Source: Candidatus Latescibacterota bacterium
Lineage (GTDB): Bacteria > Latescibacterota > UBA2968
Length of the DNA: 24,706 nt
Assembly: GCA_038279365.1 (NCBI GenBank)
Contig: JAYODI010000035.1
Coordinates: 9,895-34,600, forward strand
Direction: 5' to 3'
Positions 8,650-17,305 of this stretch are shown here, one piece after another. How positions within the stretch are numbered: position 1 is the first letter of the stretch; each line of letters starts with the position of its first letter. A model generated the notes under the pieces. That model was not told where the DNA came from. It did no database searches and worked only from the letters and a program-made list of their open reading frames with translations. A program made the position numbers and the translations under genes.

Positions 8650-9372
8650 TTAATTTAATCCCACCAAGGTTTTTAATGCATCTACCTCTTTGCCAGATAA
8701 ATGGCGCCACTGCCCCATTGGCAAACCCTGAACATTTAAGCCCGCAAAAACAATGCGCGTCAGTTCGAGCACCCGATGCCCAACTGCCGCGCACATCAAT
8801 TTCACCTGTCGTTTGCGCCCCTCGTGCAAGGTGAGTTCCAAAACCGCATTGGCCCCTATTTGGCGTATCATTTTTACTTTGGCAGGTGCCGTTACCCCAT
8901 CTTCCAACACAACACCTTTTGAAAGCATACCCAATGCCTCAGCAGAAGGACGCCCACGCACCACCGCCCGGTACACTTTTTCAACCTCATAACGCGGGTG
9001 TGTAAGCCGATAACTCAAATCGCCATCGTCGGTGAGTATCAACACACCTTGCGTATCTAAATCCAATCGACCAACCGGAAACACACGGGCATCAACACCA
9101 TCAAGCAAATTAAAAACCGTTTTTTCGTGATGAGGATCAGTCGCAGAAACAAGAAATCCTGCGGGTTTGTTCAGTAAGATATAACTATTTTTTGTTACCA
9201 ACGTTGCAAGTTTCCCAGCACAATACACAACATCGTGCTCAGGATCAACCTGCGTGCCGGGGTGGGTAACCACCTGGCCATTTACCTCCACTTTACCCGT
9301 TTGTATCAGTTGGTCGCTCGCCCGACGTGAGGCCACGCCCGCTCGTGCCAGAAATCGATTCAGGCGCTCCAT
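8650..9372 (-). CDS. rluB: rRNA pseudouridine synthase, RsuA/RluB family
   Basis: N-terminal S4 domain (RLNRFLARAGVASRR), catalytic GRLD, EGRKRQVK; scpAB-rluB-cmk synteny; start ATG 9372. Confidence 0.9.
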   Translation of the reverse strand: MERLNRFLARAGVASRRASDQLIQTGKVEVNGQVVTHPGTQVDPEHDVVYCAGKLATLVTKNSYILLNKPAGFLVSATDPHHEKTVFNLLDGVDARVFPVGRLDLDTQGVLILTDDGDLSYRLTHPRYEVEKVYRAVVRGRPSAEALGMLSKGVVLEDGVTAPAKVKMIRQIGANAVLELTLHEGRKRQVKLMCAAVGHRVLELTRIVFAGLNVQGLPMGQWRHLSGKEVDALKTLVGLN

Positions 9373-10168
9373 GTTGCTCTTGCTCCATTTCACTGTCACC
9401 TACGTCACCAAATTCTTGTGCCACATCTTCAGATGAATCAGCAATCAACGTATCGTCATCCCCTGTTTCTTCTTGTGATTCCTGAAACGCCAAATGCCCT
9501 TGAGCATCTTGTGATGCTTGCGGTTCCACAATGCCTGCAAGTGGACTGTCTTCACCTTTAGAAATCCGCTGTTCTTCGTCTTTAAGCAATTCTTCTAATT
9601 CGCGCAATTTGGGCAAATCAGACAACGTTTTAAGGCCAAAGTGTTTCAAAAAATCGCGCGTCGTACCATAAAGCAAAGGTCGTCCTGGTGCCTCCGAGCG
9701 CCCAGCAATACGCACCAACCCTTTCTCCATCAACTGACGCAAAACACCATCGACAGCAACCCCCCGAATATGTTCTACTTCAGCTTTAATAATGGGCTGT
9801 TTAAATGCCAAAATCGCCAAAGTCTCCAAGGATGCAGGAGACAAACGGGGAGGTACCTTTTCTTTCATCAACTGTCGAATCCAAGGAGCATACTCAGGAT
9901 GGATCATCAGTTGAAACCCACCGGCCACTTCGGTAATACGAAAACTGCGACCAGAGTTTATATATACTTCGTTTAAGGCATCTATATAGCCACGCACTTC
10001 TTTGGCACCCACTTCACGCCCAAGCACCGAAGATAATTTGGCAGTCCCTAAAGGGTTGTCTGCCGTAATCAACAAAGCCTCAACCACACCCTGATTGCGT
10101 GCGTGTTCATCATCTGTTAGTTGATCAACCGTTTCTTCAGAAATTGCTTCCAACACCTCTTCAGACAT
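9293..10168 (-). CDS. scpB: SMC-Scp complex subunit ScpB with long acidic C-tail
   Basis: EVAGGFQL, LSPASLETLAILAFKQPI, IRGV, GRPLLYGTT..FL.HFGL; start ATG 10168 overlapping the scpA stop. Confidence 0.95.
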   Translation of the reverse strand: MSEEVLEAISEETVDQLTDDEHARNQGVVEALLITADNPLGTAKLSSVLGREVGAKEVRGYIDALNEVYINSGRSFRITEVAGGFQLMIHPEYAPWIRQLMKEKVPPRLSPASLETLAILAFKQPIIKAEVEHIRGVAVDGVLRQLMEKGLVRIAGRSEAPGRPLLYGTTRDFLKHFGLKTLSDLPKLRELEELLKDEEQRISKGEDSPLAGIVEPQASQDAQGHLAFQESQEETGDDDTLIADSSEDVAQEFGDVGDSEMEQEQHGAPESISGTSGRGLTSGERPTDTNG

Positions 10169-10973
10169 CCTCACTCGCCTCCGGTTGGGATACTTCTTCT
10201 TCGGGTGTCTCTTCCACGACCTCGCGTGGATACACCCAAATTTCACCATCAGAGCCCACTTGTTTTACAAAAACTTTCAGCTCTTTCATCAATTCCAAAA
10301 TTGCTACAAAGGTCACCACAACAACAATGCGCTGTGCTCCTGCGATCAATTCAAAAAATGGCACCTGACCACGCTGAGACAAAACATCAAGCACAAAATT
10401 CATACGTTCTTCAGAGGAAACTTCCATTTCGGCCACTTGATGCACATTGACTTTGGGCACCATATCCATCGCACGTTTAAATGCTGACAACAACTCAAAC
10501 ATGCTCACGGGGCGAAAGCCCTCTTCTTCTTCTTCTTCACGCAAATCATTCACACCCACAGACGCTCCCCGATAATACACATCTCGAAAAGCCTCCTGCT
10601 GATCTTCCAACCACCCCGCCACATCTTTAAATTGCTGATATTCCAACAACCGACGCACCAACTCTTCGCGTGGATCACCTTCTTCTTCTTCGGCATCAGG
10701 ATCGGCAGGCAACAACATACGCGACTTAATACGCATCAACGTGGCAGCCATAACCACAAAATCACCTGCCAACTCTAAATTAAGCCCTTGAATAATTTCG
10801 ACATAACTCAAAAACTGCCGCGTAATATCCGCAATGGGAATGTCATAAATATCAATCTCATCTTTACGAATCAAAAACAACAACAGATCCAATGGCCCTT
10901 CAAACAACTCAAGCTTCACACCATATGGCCCATTGTCGTTATCCAGTTGCACTTCCAAATTTGAGGCAACCAT
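10161..10973 (-). CDS. scpA: Segregation and condensation protein A (kleisin)
   Basis: FEGPLDLLLFLI, MAATLMRIKSRMLLP, DPREELVRRLLEY, TFVAILEL; start ATG 10973 one nt after the trpS stop. Confidence 0.95.
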   Translation of the reverse strand: MVASNLEVQLDNDNGPYGVKLELFEGPLDLLLFLIRKDEIDIYDIPIADITRQFLSYVEIIQGLNLELAGDFVVMAATLMRIKSRMLLPADPDAEEEEGDPREELVRRLLEYQQFKDVAGWLEDQQEAFRDVYYRGASVGVNDLREEEEEEGFRPVSMFELLSAFKRAMDMVPKVNVHQVAEMEVSSEERMNFVLDVLSQRGQVPFFELIAGAQRIVVVVTFVAILELMKELKVFVKQVGSDGEIWVYPREVVEETPEEEVSQPEASEDV

Positions 10974-10974
10974 T

Positions 10975-12048
10975 TTATGCTTCCCCTGTGGTTTCAAGCT
11001 TCTTCATGCGATCACGTGCTTTGCGAGAAATGCGATTCCACACCCCCGCAAATCCCATTGCTTTTTTCATGTCATTGACTGTCTCATTTGCCAATGCTTG
11101 CATTTTTAATGTGCCTTCATAAATCACCTGCTCCACATAACCCGATTGGGCCGCAAAATGAGCACGTTTTTCGCGAATGGGTTCTAAAAATGTATTAAGA
11201 GCAACGGTTAATTTGTCTTTTACTTCAACATCACCCACAGCCCCTTTGCGATAGCGTGCTTTTAAATCCTCTACTTCATCCACATTGGGGTTAAATGCAT
11301 CATGATAAATAAACACAGGGTTTCCTTCTACCGTGCCTGGCACATCAGCACTGATGCGGTTGGGGTCGGTATACATGCTGCGCACTTTCTTTTGAACCGT
11401 TTTGGCATCGTCCGATAAAAAGATGGCATTGTCCAAACTTTTGCTCATTTTGGCCTGTCCATCCGTTCCGACCAACGATGGAACATCACCAATTAGCGGC
11501 TCAGGTATAGGGAAGACCTCACCGTAATAATTGTTAAAACGCCGAGCAATCTCGCGCGTGACCTCAACATGGGCTTCATTGTCTTTGCCCACTGGCACCA
11601 AATGCGCGCGTGGCATCATAATATCGGCACTTTGTAAGACTGGATATCCAATTAAACCAAATGGAACGGCCTCATCATCCATCTTTGCGGCACGTGCCAT
11701 GTCTTTAATGCTGGGCAAACGCGCCAACCGAGGTAAACTCACCAGCATTTCAAAAAACAAATTCATTTCATAAACAGCATGAACAACCGATTGCAGATAA
11801 ATGGTCGATTTTTCAGGATCTATCCCAACGGCCAAATAATCGAGCACCATTTCGTGAATATTTTCACGCAAAGCATCAATGTGTTCTTTTTGGGGTTTGG
11901 TGGTCAACATATGCAAGTCGGCAACAATAAAATAACAATCATATTGATCTTGCAATGCCACTCTGTTTTTTAACGACCCAACATAATGGCCCAAATGGAG
12001 CCTACCAGTGGGGCGGTCACCTGTTAATATGCGTTTTTTTTCAGACAT
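10975..12048 (-). CDS. trpS: Tryptophan--tRNA ligase
   Basis: [13 protein letters not shown] (HIGH), [20 protein letters not shown]. Start ATG 12048; the longer ORF merely translates the repeat. Confidence 0.97.
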   Translation of the reverse strand: MSEKKRILTGDRPTGRLHLGHYVGSLKNRVALQDQYDCYFIVADLHMLTTKPQKEHIDALRENIHEMVLDYLAVGIDPEKSTIYLQSVVHAVYEMNLFFEMLVSLPRLARLPSIKDMARAAKMDDEAVPFGLIGYPVLQSADIMMPRAHLVPVGKDNEAHVEVTREIARRFNNYYGEVFPIPEPLIGDVPSLVGTDGQAKMSKSLDNAIFLSDDAKTVQKKVRSMYTDPNRISADVPGTVEGNPVFIYHDAFNPNVDEVEDLKARYRKGAVGDVEVKDKLTVALNTFLEPIREKRAHFAAQSGYVEQVIYEGTLKMQALANETVNDMKKAMGFAGVWNRISRKARDRMKKLETTGEA

Positions 12049-12053
12049 AAAAA

Positions 12054-12150
12054 GTGAAATGGCAAATGGCAAATGGCAAATGGCAAATCTACACCAAACA
12101 AATGGTAAAGATGCCTTCTTTTGCCGTTTCACGTTTGCCGTTTGCCCGCC
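12054..12150. repeat. Heptamer-unit inverted repeat element 2 (GGCAAAT x4 / GTTTGCC)
   Basis: GTGAAAT + 4 exact GGCAAAT (12061-12088), 30-nt spacer, then TTTTGCC GTTTCAC GTTTGCC GTTTGCC (12119-12146). Confidence 0.9.
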
Positions 12151-12155
12151 TTTCT

Positions 12156-12683
12156 TTAATCATCCATAAAAAGATAGGGGCGCCAACGCTCATCTGGCAC
12201 CCCGACATAGTGTCGGATAAATGTCACATGATGAGGGGTTCGCGGCTTTTTCCTCAACGCCAAACCCGCCTCATGAGGTGACCGATCTCCTTTTTTATTG
12301 TTGCAGCTGTTACAAGCACAAACCAAGTTTTCCCAAGTATCTTTTCCACCCAAAGAACGCGGCAAGATGTGATCTATTGTAAAAGGGCCGCGTTTGGTAC
12401 CACAATATTGGCACTGATGTTCGTCGCGTTTTAGCACATTGCGCTTGCTCAAGGCCAAAGGTTTGGGAGGCACCCGAACATAAAACCCCAAACGCACCAC
12501 ACTCGGAATTGGAAAAAGTTCTGACACCGTGTGGATATAAGCATCTAACTCTTCAACAACCTCTGCCCTCCCCCTAAAAACCAACACAATAGCCCGTCGA
12601 ACGGAACACACGTGTAGCGGCTCATAGCTTTGGTTGAGCACCAAAACAGACCGATTCAGCGATTTGGAAGCAGGTGGTGACAT
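12156..12683 (-). CDS. HNH endonuclease (McrA/COG1403-like), ~175 aa
   Basis: [12 protein letters not shown]-terminus, [36 protein letters not shown] (two CxxC pairs plus HNH). Confidence 0.92.
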   Translation of the reverse strand: MSPPASKSLNRSVLVLNQSYEPLHVCSVRRAIVLVFRGRAEVVEELDAYIHTVSELFPIPSVVRLGFYVRVPPKPLALSKRNVLKRDEHQCQYCGTKRGPFTIDHILPRSLGGKDTWENLVCACNSCNNKKGDRSPHEAGLALRKKPRTPHHVTFIRHYVGVPDERWRPYLFMDD

Positions 12684-12734
12684 AAAAATTAAATCGTTAA
12701 GTTTTAAGAACACCCAAAACGCATAAATGTTTTT

Positions 12735-12763
12735 TATATATCGGATTTAGAACACGAAGTCAA
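12735..12763 (-). promoter_or_regulatory. Candidate sigma70 promoter for HNH-trpS-scpAB operon
   Basis: TTGACT-N17-TATATA on the minus strand, ~50 nt upstream of the HNH start. Confidence 0.45.
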
Positions 12764-12780
12764 GCGCTTTCAAAATAATT

Positions 12781-13164
12781 TTAGGCCTCTATATGACCCG
12801 CATAAGCGTCTGCATCCATCAAATCATCAATCTCACTTAAGTCTGACAAACGCACCCGAATCATCCATCCAGAATCATAAGGGTCGTCATTGACCAATGA
12901 GGCATCTTGTGTCAAGACTTCATTGACCTCGATCACTTCACCCGACACGGGTGAAATCAAATCGGAAACAGTTTTTACGGCTTCTACAGTGCCATACGAC
13001 TCGCCTTGTGCCACAACATCTCCCACCTGGGGCAATTCGAGAAACACAATATCTCCCAATTCACCCTGTGCATAGTCAGTAATGCCACAGGTGCCCACAC
13101 CATCTTCGACAAGTACCCAGTCGTGATCGGCGTTGTAATGTAGTTCACCAGGTACTTCTGCCAT
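12781..13164 (-). CDS. gcvH: Glycine cleavage system H protein (lipoyl carrier)
   Basis: HDWV, GITDYAQGELGDIVF, lipoyl-Lys motif VEAVKTVSD, NDDPYDSGW; AAAGGAG RBS before ATG 13164. Confidence 0.95.
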   Translation of the reverse strand: MAEVPGELHYNADHDWVLVEDGVGTCGITDYAQGELGDIVFLELPQVGDVVAQGESYGTVEAVKTVSDLISPVSGEVIEVNEVLTQDASLVNDDPYDSGWMIRVRLSDLSEIDDLMDADAYAGHIEA

Positions 13165-13247
13165 AACAGCTCCTTTCATAATAGAAAACGAAAAAAGAAA
13201 TGCAAAAAACCAACGGCCATTTCTTTTCTTCTATTTTTATTATTCAG

Positions 13248-14591
13248 TTAGTGTCCATAACCTAATTTTTCAACAAATTCAGTGGTTGCACGCCCTGTTC
13301 GAAATTCTTCATGGCGCAATGCATGCAAGTGAAAAGGAATCGTCGTAGGCACGCCTTCAATCACATATTCTTCAAGCGCACGCACCATACGGGCAATGGC
13401 TTCTTCTCGCGTACGACCATAAGCAATCAATTTGGCCAACAAAGAATCATATTGCGAAGGAATGGTATAACCTGCATAAAGGTGTGAATCTACCCGAATG
13501 CCTGGCCCACCTGGCACATGTAATTCAGTCACTTTTCCTGGAGAAGGTCGGAAATTGTGTTTGGTATCTTCGGCATTAATTCGACACTCAATCGCATGAC
13601 CTTGTGTAACAAAATCTGATTGTTTCAAAGGAGCATGTGTGCCTGCTGCAATGCAAATTTGAGCTTTGACCAAATCAAAACCTGTGACCAATTCAGAAAC
13701 AGGATGTTCAACCTGAATGCGTGTATTCATCTCTAAAAAATAAAATTCGCCCGAAGCATCCAACAAAAATTCAACCGTGCCCGCCCCCCTGTATCCAACC
13801 GACTCTGCGCCTTTAATGGCCGCTGCCCCCATACGGGCACGCAAATCTGCATCAACAACAGGAGAGGGTGACTCTTCAATCAGTTTTTGATGACGACGCT
13901 GTACGGAACATTCGCGTTCTCCCAAATGCACAACATTGCCAAATTGGTCGCCCAACACTTGTATTTCGACATGACGGGGTTGAACTATTTCTTTTTCCAA
14001 ATACAATGCACCAGAAGTAAATGCGGCCTTGGCCTCAGAATGTGCCATTTGCCATGCCCGTTCCAAGTCGCTCTCAGAAAGCACCGTACGCATGCCACGC
14101 CCACCACCACCCGCCACAGCTTTAAGCCTTACTGGGTAACCAATTTCGGCAGCGGCTTTTTGAGCTGCTGCAAAATTATCCAAAACACCAGTTCCGGGTG
14201 AAACGGGCACACCAGCATCTTGCATGGTATTGCGCGCCACAGACTTATCACCCATTTTGCGAATGGCATCTGGAGATGGGCCTATAAATGTGATCCCACA
14301 TGTCCCACAAATTTCTGCAAATTCTGCATTTTCTGCCAATGGCCCATACCCAGGGTGTACCGCATCGGCATTGGTAATCTCGGCGGCACTTAATATACGT
14401 GGAATATTGCGATAACTCTGATCGCCTGGTGGTGGACCAATGCATACATCTTCATCGGCGGCACCAACATGGAGAGAATTGCTATCGGCCTCAGAATGGA
14501 TAGCAACTGTTTTAACCCCTAACTCTTTGCAGGCGCGAATAATACGCAAAGCGATCTCGCCTCGATCTGCAATCAATACTTTATCAAACAC
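13248..14591 (-). CDS. accC: Acetyl-CoA carboxylase biotin carboxylase subunit
   Basis: [57 protein letters not shown]; follows accB; GTG start. Confidence 0.96.
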   Translation of the reverse strand: MFDKVLIADRGEIALRIIRACKELGVKTVAIHSEADSNSLHVGAADEDVCIGPPPGDQSYRNIPRILSAAEITNADAVHPGYGPLAENAEFAEICGTCGITFIGPSPDAIRKMGDKSVARNTMQDAGVPVSPGTGVLDNFAAAQKAAAEIGYPVRLKAVAGGGGRGMRTVLSESDLERAWQMAHSEAKAAFTSGALYLEKEIVQPRHVEIQVLGDQFGNVVHLGERECSVQRRHQKLIEESPSPVVDADLRARMGAAAIKGAESVGYRGAGTVEFLLDASGEFYFLEMNTRIQVEHPVSELVTGFDLVKAQICIAAGTHAPLKQSDFVTQGHAIECRINAEDTKHNFRPSPGKVTELHVPGGPGIRVDSHLYAGYTIPSQYDSLLAKLIAYGRTREEAIARMVRALEEYVIEGVPTTIPFHLHALRHEEFRTGRATTEFVEKLGYGH

Positions 14592-14683
14592 AGTGGGTTC
14601 TCAATTGGAATGGTTAAAAGGAGGAATACCAACACGGTAAGAATTGCCAGAGGAGAGACAAACGGCATCGTGTTGGATACGAA

Positions 14684-15181
14684 TTATCCCTGAGGGTCGA
14701 TGAGAAAAAGAGGGGTGTTGTATTCAACGGGTGTGGCATTTTCGACCAACACACGTACCACGCGCCCTTTGATGTCGGCCTCAATCTCATTCATAATCTT
14801 CATGGCTTCAATAATACACACGGTTTGTCCCTCCGTAACCCCATCACCCTCTTGCACATAAGAAGGCGCTTCGGGGTTGGGAGAGCGATAAAACATACCC
14901 ACCATTGGAGACTTGAGTGTATGATATTTGCTGCTCTCGTCGGTTTCCGGTGTTTGAGATACGGTTGCAGATGTTTCTGTTGCTTGTGTAACGGGTGCTG
15001 CAGGTGCTGCTGGCATGTGTGGTAAACTATGGAAGATGGGTGTCTGTGAACTGGCACGGGCAATACGTATTTTGCCTTGCCCCCACAGGCCACGTTCAAT
15101 TTCTATTTCTTGCACATCATCTTCGCCAATAATGCCAACAAGCTCACGCACCGCATCCATCAACTCTTTAGATAGTTTCAC
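14684..15181 (-). CDS. accB: Biotin carboxyl carrier protein
   Basis: SPMVGMFYRSP, EAMKIMNEIEA biotinylation motif, Pro/Ala/Thr linker; GAGGAG RBS with GTG start. Confidence 0.96.
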   Translation of the reverse strand: MKLSKELMDAVRELVGIIGEDDVQEIEIERGLWGQGKIRIARASSQTPIFHSLPHMPAAPAAPVTQATETSATVSQTPETDESSKYHTLKSPMVGMFYRSPNPEAPSYVQEGDGVTEGQTVCIIEAMKIMNEIEADIKGRVVRVLVENATPVEYNTPLFLIDPQG

Positions 15182-15194
15182 AAAAGCTCCTCAG

Positions 15195-15752
15195 TTAAGC
15201 CCGCTCAACATATGCTTCGGTGCGTGTATCAATTTTCAATACATCACCAATTTCAACAAACAACGGAACTTGGACACTGGCCCCAGTCTCTACCGTAGCG
15301 GGTTTCGTACCGCCAGTGGCTGTATCACCACGCAAACCAGGGTCGGTTTGTGTGACCTTCAATTCAACAAAAATAGGCAATTCAACACCTAAGGCAGCCC
15401 CTTCGGCAATCATCACCTCCACCATATCATTTTCTCTTAAAAACTTCAATGCACTGCCAACCGTTTCTGCTTCTACCTGATATTGTTCGTAGGTATTGGC
15501 ATCCATAAAAAAGTGGAAGTTATCTTGCTCGTAAAGATATTGGGCCTTGCGCTTTTCTAAACGCACATCTTCTACCTTATCACCTGAGCGAAATGTTCTG
15601 TCAATCACGGCACCTGTTTTGACATTTTTGAGCTTGGTGCGCACAACAGATGCGCCTTTACCTGGTTTAAAATGTTCAAAATCTGCCATAAAAAAGAGCT
15701 GGCCATCCATGCGCAGCACCATACCATTGCGAAATTGTGCTGTAGAAACCAT
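15195..15752 (-). CDS. efp: Elongation factor P
   Basis: KPGKG loop, VRTKLKN, PGLRGDTATGGTKPATVETG, VPLFV, YVERA. Confidence 0.98.
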   Translation of the reverse strand: MVSTAQFRNGMVLRMDGQLFFMADFEHFKPGKGASVVRTKLKNVKTGAVIDRTFRSGDKVEDVRLEKRKAQYLYEQDNFHFFMDANTYEQYQVEAETVGSALKFLRENDMVEVMIAEGAALGVELPIFVELKVTQTDPGLRGDTATGGTKPATVETGASVQVPLFVEIGDVLKIDTRTEAYVERA

Positions 15753-15829
15753 AAAAAAACCTCAATATGATAAGTTGCCAATTTTATTGCTCAAACAAAC
15801 AACAGAGCAAGCTTCGTTGATACTATTTT

Positions 15830-16639
15830 TTAAGATTGCAATGCTTCCAAACGCGCCAAAACCAAGTCATTGTTCGGGTCCCGTAAGAGCACCTGCTTTA
15901 ATGTAACCACAGCCTGTTCTATAAGCCCTTGTTGCACATATAATTCAGCCAGTGTTGCCGTTGCAATGGCTTCCAATTTAGGTGCTTCTTCCATCTTTTT
16001 CTGAACGGGTTTTGCCTTTTTGTCTTCAGGGGCAACAGAATCACCTTGAGCAAGTGCAGACACCAAAGAAGCCAAGTCCTTATCCACAACCAATTCAGGC
16101 CGTGGCGCATCATCCAGTGAAGAAACCGCGTCGTCATCCGTGTCTTCATCTGCTTCATCCACGACCGCAGTATCTAAGCGCTCAACATCATTTAATGCAT
16201 CAGCTACAGATACGCGTTCGCAGGTGTCTGCTGCATCTGCTTTCAACTGCGCAATTTGTTTGGCAATTTTCCGATTTAAAGGATCGAGAATCAGCGCCAA
16301 TTCAAAATGCCGCAATGCCAAGTCATCCCAGCCAAATTGCAGATCTATCTGTCCCAAATGCCACAATGCAGCAGGATGATCCGAATCGAGCTGTAACACC
16401 TTCTGGAATTCTTGTCGAGCTTCTTCAAAATGCCCAACGGCAAAATGACATTTGCCCATCACCACATGACCTGCCACATACGATGGGCGATAACGCAAAC
16501 CTTGCCGAGCTATTTCGGCAGCACGCTTCACATGGCCTTGTTGCAAAAAACCCTCAGCCAATCGAGCAAATAAAATAGATGTAGGGTTTTTTGAGCAAAT
16601 TTTTTCGAGTTTCTCAAGGGACAAGATTGAAGCCGACAT
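15830..16639 (-). CDS. Tetratricopeptide repeat protein (N-terminal TPRs, acidic linker, C-terminal TPR)
   Basis: TPR-like repeats (GHVVMGKCHFAVGHFEEARQEFQKVLQLD, ALWHLGQIDL...ALILDP) and terminal TATLAELYVQQG...VLLRDP. Confidence 0.8.
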   Translation of the reverse strand: MSASILSLEKLEKICSKNPTSILFARLAEGFLQQGHVKRAAEIARQGLRYRPSYVAGHVVMGKCHFAVGHFEEARQEFQKVLQLDSDHPAALWHLGQIDLQFGWDDLALRHFELALILDPLNRKIAKQIAQLKADAADTCERVSVADALNDVERLDTAVVDEADEDTDDDAVSSLDDAPRPELVVDKDLASLVSALAQGDSVAPEDKKAKPVQKKMEEAPKLEAIATATLAELYVQQGLIEQAVVTLKQVLLRDPNNDLVLARLEALQS

Positions 16640-16672
16640 AACGTCTCATTACCACATTAAATAAGGTGATGC

Positions 16673-16701
16673 ATGATAGGGAAAAGCCCAAAAATTGTCA
16701 A
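16673..16701 (-). promoter_or_regulatory. Near-consensus sigma70 promoter for TPR-efp-accBC-gcvH
   Basis: TTGACA (16701-16696) - 17 nt - TATCAT (16678-16673), 33 nt upstream of the TPR ATG. Confidence 0.75.
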
Positions 16702-16746
16702 CGATCAATCAGATACACAGAAGCACCCAAGCATCTAAATATAAAC

Positions 16747-17058
16747 CTAACCGATTCTCGGTTCATCATCCACACGATCAAATTCCCACCCAGTTACAAA
16801 TGTGCCATCATCTTCTGGTCTGGCCCAAGCCAAGCGCGCAATCAGGCGAATTTCAAATGTAGCCGAATTGTGTTGGGCATCAAACCCCCGTTTTAATACG
16901 TCAAAATCTGGGCTGCGAATTTGCATACCACTGGCACTGATGTCAACCATTTCCAATTCAATATGGTCGCCTTCGCCCACCCGAGCCTGAATGGGCAGTG
17001 CCATATTCAAGCGTGCAGCATTGCGTTTGTCACTGCTGCTGAGATTTTCGTTATCCAT
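16747..17058 (-). CDS. Stand-alone PilZ-domain protein, 103 aa
   Basis: RxxxR (RNAAR) and DxSxxG (DISASG) c-di-GMP motifs, ARLAW and G.EF strands; AGGAGG RBS before ATG 17058. Confidence 0.85.
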   Translation of the reverse strand: MDNENLSSSDKRNAARLNMALPIQARVGEGDHIELEMVDISASGMQIRSPDFDVLKRGFDAQHNSATFEIRLIARLAWARPEDDGTFVTGWEFDRVDDEPRIG

Positions 17059-17195
17059 CAGGCCTCCTGGTCTGGGTCTTAAAATAATATGCGCCGAATC
17101 CATCAAGGCACACTAAATGTAATGAAATCGTCCAAAAAATCTACCTCAAAATAGATTTGCCCCACCAACTGTGCCAAACCCCATCTGCAATTTTC

Positions 17196-17224
17196 TTGTT
17201 TAAAAGCAGGCATACCCGTATATT
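17196..17224 (+). promoter_or_regulatory. Candidate sigma70 promoter for the plus-strand chrA-like unit
   Basis: TTGTTT-N17-TATATT in the divergent intergenic region. Confidence 0.35.
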
Positions 17225-17305
17225 CTTGGCACAAAACACAACCACAACGCCTTATATAAATAATAAAATAACAAGGTGGTTACAACAAAAAAATGGAGGG
17301 TTAAT

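Noticed and set aside
9293..10973. scpAB without smc
   Set aside because: smc is commonly unlinked from scpAB, so this is not unusual.
12049..12132. N-terminal extension of TrpS ([10 protein letters not shown])
   Set aside because: It is the translation of the heptamer repeat; TrpS similarity begins at [10 protein letters not shown].
12054..12683. Repeat array next to an HNH nuclease as a CRISPR- or OMEGA-like system
   Set aside because: Units are contiguous 7-mers with no spacers, the HNH lacks RuvC or IscB features, and a homologous repeat lies beside an unrelated gene.
15767..15810. Internal efp promoter or TTGCTC/GAGCAA hairpin
   Set aside because: Two alternative weak -35/-10 pairings (16 and 18 nt spacing) and only a 6-bp stem; not enough support.
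15982..16578. 198-aa plus-strand ORF
   Set aside because: Antisense to the TPR gene, which has a clear promoter and TPR pattern.
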